Shown: positions 47,571 to 51,390 of the stretch, one piece after another
Layout: each line of letters starts with the position of its first letter
Position numbering within the stretch: the first letter of the stretch is position 1
DNA from: Candidatus Micrarchaeota archaeon
GTDB lineage: Archaea > Micrarchaeota > Micrarchaeia > Norongarragalinales > UBA8480
NCBI GenBank assembly: GCA_043805855.1
Contig: JAZDHP010000009.1
Span: 1 to 51,390 of the forward strand
Direction: 5' to 3'
DNA length: 51,390 nucleotides
Notes under the pieces: model-generated
What the model saw: only the letters and a program-made list of their open reading frames with translations
The model's database searches: none
Told to the model about the DNA's origin: nothing
Position numbers and translations under genes: made by a program

Positions 47571-48602
47571 ATGAAATTAAGAACTGCCATTATTGGGGCA
47601 ACTGGAATAGTTGGACAGCAAGCCATGTCAATACTAGCCAGGCATCCAGAATTTGAAGTTACCGCGTTAGCTGCATCTGAGAGATCAGCTGGAAAAAATT
47701 ACTTAAATGCAATAACGCAAAATGGCGTTCGCCAATGGTTCGCAGAAGGAGAATTACCTGACCAGTTTCAAAACGTGACGCTAGTTGATGGCAATTCGTT
47801 AAAAGGAAGCGAATTCGACGTCGTGTTTTCCTGCGTTGAGTCAGACGTTGCAAAGATACTTGAACCAAAACTAGCGCAGGATACTGCAGTTATAAGCACG
47901 GCGTCTGCTTTTCGCTACGAAGCAGACGTTCCATTAATCCTACCTCAAGTTAATCCAGAACACGCGACGCTTATTGAAAAGCAACGCAAGAATAGAAAAT
48001 GGAATGGATTCATTGCCCCGATCCCAAACTGCACGACAACCGGCTTGGCAATTACATTGAAACCACTTGACGATGCGTTTGGATTAAAACAAGTAATAAT
48101 GACCTCAATGCAAGCGGTTTCCGGCGCAGGAAGAAGCCCCGGAGTAATTGCACTTGACATAACTGACAACGTAATCCCCTACATTTCAGGCGAAGAGGAA
48201 AAAGTAGAAAAGGAAACTCAAAAAATACTCGGGAAGCCAATAGCCGTATCTTCAACTTGCACACGCGTAGCTGTACTAGAAGGACATACAGAAACGGTTT
48301 TTGCAAAGTGTGAAAATAACCCAACTCCAGAAGAAGCTGCACGAACGTTACGCGCGTTTACATCTAAAATAAAAACTCACTCAACACCAGAACAGTTGGT
48401 AAAAGTGTTCGACGACCCATCGCGGCCACAGCCAAGGCTAGATAGAAACACGGGCAACGGGTTAACCACTTGCGTCGGTAGACTACGCAATGACCCCGTA
48501 CTTGGACTCAAATACGTGCTCTTATCGCACAATACAAAAATGGGCGCCGCAGCCGGCGCAATTTGGGTAGCTGAACTACTCAACCAGGCGAAGTACATTT
48601 AG
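47571..48602 (+). CDS. asd: Aspartate-semialdehyde dehydrogenase
   Basis: GATGIVGQ, PNCTT, QAVSGAG, RPQPRLD, HNTKMGAA. Confidence 0.95.
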   Translation: MKLRTAIIGATGIVGQQAMSILARHPEFEVTALAASERSAGKNYLNAITQNGVRQWFAEGELPDQFQNVTLVDGNSLKGSEFDVVFSCVESDVAKILEPKLAQDTAVISTASAFRYEADVPLILPQVNPEHATLIEKQRKNRKWNGFIAPIPNCTTTGLAITLKPLDDAFGLKQVIMTSMQAVSGAGRSPGVIALDITDNVIPYISGEEEKVEKETQKILGKPIAVSSTCTRVAVLEGHTETVFAKCENNPTPEEAARTLRAFTSKIKTHSTPEQLVKVFDDPSRPQPRLDRNTGNGLTTCVGRLRNDPVLGLKYVLLSHNTKMGAAAGAIWVAELLNQAKYI

Positions 48603-48625
48603 AAAAAAGAGGAATAGGCAAACAA

Positions 48626-49933
48626 ATGTTCAAAACTGAAAATTCATTGGAAAACAGAAACGGGACACTATACTTCGACGAATGCAACACAGTTGAACTA
48701 GCTGAAAAGTACGGCACACCGCTTTACGTAATGAGCGAAACACAGTTGAGAAGCAACTATCGCCGTTTACGCGATGCATTTGTAAAACACTATAAAAATT
48801 TCAAACTTTACTATGCCGTTAAAGCGAATAACAATTTGTCCGTACTCAATATATTACGCCAAGAGGGAAGCGGAGCAGATTGTTCAGCACCAGCTGAGAT
48901 TCAACTTGCACTACGCGCTGGTTTCAACGCGGCTGATTTACTTTACACTGGAAACTACAATACGCTTGAAGAACTTCGCTTTGCAGCTGAACAAAACGTC
49001 GTAATAAATTTAGACGATGCAACTCTAGTTGAAAAACTAGCTAAAGTGTGCAACCCAGCTAAATTACGGGGAATTTGTTTTAGGTTCAACCCAGGAATAG
49101 GCGATAGCGGTGCAGAGAAATTAATACTAGCTGGCCCTGATTCAAAATTCGGCATAACTGAAGACAAAATTTTCAACGCATACCGCCGCGCAAAGGAACT
49201 TGGATTCCGTAACTTCGGTATCCACATGATGACCGGGTCAAACGTATTGAAACCAGAATACTTCCCAAAAGTAGCAGAGAAATTATTCGCAACTGCTGAG
49301 CGAATTTCTCGCGAAGTGGGAATTGAATTTTCGTTTGTGAACATCGGCGGCGGGTTTGGCGTACCTTACCGGCCAAATGAAAACGAGCTAGATATTGACA
49401 AAGTAGCAGAGCTAGTTACAGGTAAGTTCAAAGAACAAATAGCTGAACGCGGTCACAATACAAAGTTACTAATTGAACCAGGCCGGTATATCGCATGCAC
49501 TGCAGGCGTACTGCTTACCAGAGTACACCACGTGAAACGCGCTGGAAAAACTTTCATTGGCACAGACGCAGGGATGAACACACTACTACGCCCCGCAATG
49601 TACAACGCCTACCATGAAATTCTGCTCGCCAATCGCCTAGACGAAAAACAAAAAGAAGTAGTTACAGTTACAGGCCAAGTGTGTGAAAATACCGACCACA
49701 TTTGCCGCGACCGCGCTATGCCTTCAATGCAAGAGGGAGATTTGCTAGCTGTGCTAAATGCAGGCGCCTATGGCTTTTCCATGTCCTCGCAGTACAATTC
49801 GCGCCCACGCTGCGCAGAAGTGCTAGTAACCAAAGGCGAACATGCTTTAATCCGCCAGAGGGAAACCCTAGAGGATTTAATTGGAAAACAAACAATCCCA
49901 ACACAATTACAATCAAAGCAGGTGCAAAAATAA
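48626..49933 (+). CDS. lysA: Diaminopimelate decarboxylase
   Basis: YGTPLYV, YAVKAN, SKFG, IGGGFG, EPGRY, GQVCENTD, GAYG..MSSQYN. Confidence 0.96.
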   Translation: MFKTENSLENRNGTLYFDECNTVELAEKYGTPLYVMSETQLRSNYRRLRDAFVKHYKNFKLYYAVKANNNLSVLNILRQEGSGADCSAPAEIQLALRAGFNAADLLYTGNYNTLEELRFAAEQNVVINLDDATLVEKLAKVCNPAKLRGICFRFNPGIGDSGAEKLILAGPDSKFGITEDKIFNAYRRAKELGFRNFGIHMMTGSNVLKPEYFPKVAEKLFATAERISREVGIEFSFVNIGGGFGVPYRPNENELDIDKVAELVTGKFKEQIAERGHNTKLLIEPGRYIACTAGVLLTRVHHVKRAGKTFIGTDAGMNTLLRPAMYNAYHEILLANRLDEKQKEVVTVTGQVCENTDHICRDRAMPSMQEGDLLAVLNAGAYGFSMSSQYNSRPRCAEVLVTKGEHALIRQRETLEDLIGKQTIPTQLQSKQVQK

Positions 49934-51112
49934 ATGAACATCGAATACGCTAACCGCGTTAACAAAATACCTCCCTACCTATTTGCAGAGTTAGAACAAA
50001 TAGTTGAAAAAAAACAACGCGCAGGAATAGACGTAATTAACCTAGGAATCGGAGATCCTGATTTACCCACGCCGCAATTCATTCGCGAAGTACTTGCCCG
50101 CGAAGCGATGAACACAGATACGCACAACTATTCAAGCTCTGCAGGCGAATTGGAATTTAGACAAGCTGTTGCCCAATGGTACAAAAAGAGGTTCAACGTA
50201 AACCTTGATGCCACAACTCAAGTGTGCAACTTAATTGGCTCAAAAGAAGGAATTGCAAACATAGCGCGCGCATTTGTAAACCCCGGCGACACGGCACTAA
50301 TTCCAGACCCAGCATATACCGTCTACCAAAACGGTGCAACGCTACTATGCGACGGCAATATAACTACAATGCCACTATTAGCAGAAAATAATTTCCTTCC
50401 GATCCTAGAGAATATACCAAAAGCCGCTGTACAGCGTGCAAAAATAATGTACCTAAATTACCCAAATAACCCAATTGGCGCAATAGCTGATAAAAAATTC
50501 TTGAAAACAGTAGTTGACTTCTGCCTGGAAAACAACATCATCCTATGCTACGACAACGCTTACAGCGAATTTACTTTTGACAACTTCGTAGCGCCGAGCA
50601 TTTTTGAAATCCCCGACGCCATGCAATGCGCCGTTGAATTTAACTCACTATCAAAAACTTTCTGCATGACCGGCGACCGGTGTGGATTTGCAGTTGGCAA
50701 CGAAAAAATAATAGCCGGTTTAAAGAAAATTAAAAGCAACCTAGACTCGGGCTTGCCAGTTTACATTCAACGAGCAGGAATAGCCGCGCTGGGCGCCTAT
50801 ACAAACCGCAGCCGACCGCCAATAGTGGAACAAATAATGAAAGAATACGAACACAGGCGAGATTCAATTACAAGTGCGTTAAACGAAATTGGGATAAACG
50901 CCAAAAAGCCACCAGCAACTTTTTACATGTGGGTAAAAGTTGAAGGAAACTGCGTCGAATTTGCACGAAAAGCACTAGAACAAAACGTAGTAATCACTCC
51001 AGGAACCGGCTTTGGAAAACACGGGGAAGGATACGTGCGCTTTGCACTAACACAAAACAGCCAAAGACTAAGAGAAGCCGTCGAGCGAATAAACAAAGCA
51101 ATACACACATAA
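49934..51112 (+). CDS. dapL: LL-diaminopimelate aminotransferase
   Basis: IPPYLFAE, LGIGDPD, GSKEGI, NYPNNP, SLSKTFCMTG.R; last gene of the dap operon. Confidence 0.85.
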   Translation: MNIEYANRVNKIPPYLFAELEQIVEKKQRAGIDVINLGIGDPDLPTPQFIREVLAREAMNTDTHNYSSSAGELEFRQAVAQWYKKRFNVNLDATTQVCNLIGSKEGIANIARAFVNPGDTALIPDPAYTVYQNGATLLCDGNITTMPLLAENNFLPILENIPKAAVQRAKIMYLNYPNNPIGAIADKKFLKTVVDFCLENNIILCYDNAYSEFTFDNFVAPSIFEIPDAMQCAVEFNSLSKTFCMTGDRCGFAVGNEKIIAGLKKIKSNLDSGLPVYIQRAGIAALGAYTNRSRPPIVEQIMKEYEHRRDSITSALNEIGINAKKPPATFYMWVKVEGNCVEFARKALEQNVVITPGTGFGKHGEGYVRFALTQNSQRLREAVERINKAIHT

Positions 51113-51180
51113 TGCAATAATTCCAACTAATCAGCACAACAAAAACGTTTTTCTTCTCACGGCGATTAAACTGATAACCT

Positions 51181-51390
51181 ATGACCAAATGGACAAAGTG
51201 GTTTTCCCGCGAATACGGAGTACAGTACTGCCAATACGGGTTCGACTGCGTTGGCAAAACACAAGAGCGATTCTACGGCGGGTTTGTTACAAACAGCGTA
51301 ATCATACCAGAACAGAAAAACCAAGCAATGTACATCCAAGCTGAAGAATGGGACAACTTTTTGAAAAAAACACTATTACATTACCCAACA
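51181..51390 (+). CDS. Partial ORF running off the window end, possibly a third PEP-mobile-domain family protein
   Basis: 70 open codons MTKWTKWFSREYGVQYC...AMYIQAEEWDNFLKK; aromatic-rich N-terminus loosely like those of 179.. and 5556.. Confidence 0.5.
   Translation, partial: MTKWTKWFSREYGVQYCQYGFDCVGKTQERFYGGFVTNSVIIPEQKNQAMYIQAEEWDNFLKKTLLHYPT

Noticed and set aside
1-51390. CRISPR array, rRNA, transposase, integrase or reverse transcriptase
   Set aside because: No regularly spaced repeats or recognisable motifs seen; the remaining short track ORFs are antisense or alternate-frame shadows of real genes

Overview
Archaeal chromosomal window, about 40% GC by eye. It has aRF1, uL16/L10e, NucS, Lhr, translin, GGTGA Shine-Dalgarno sites and BHB-type tRNA introns; the gene content suggests a DPANN lineage, possibly Micrarchaeota (inference). 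Housekeeping genes (serS, pyrH, ppsA, smc, rpiB) are mixed with lineage-specific accessory genes and a DAP-type lysine operon (dapA-dapB-lysC-asd-lysA-dapL) divergent from an Lrp regulator. Main leads: (1) a possible phosphorelay made of two, perhaps three, orphan phospho-His swivel-domain proteins lacking an ATP-grasp domain, near a PEP synthase with a long Q/E linker hiding an in-frame SD+ATG; (2) two tRNAs (Ile-GAT, Glu-CTC), each with two introns, sharing a hairpin module that also occurs free-standing; (3) duplicated tRNA 3' ends flanking tiny cassettes; (4) an unannotated ~130-nt four-way-junction structure upstream of a DUF5678/retropepsin pair; (5) tandem SelO/kinase-like paralogs, one split at an A9 run; (6) a radical-SAM homolog missing its Fe-S cysteines. 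Family assignments come from motif recognition only; no searches were run.
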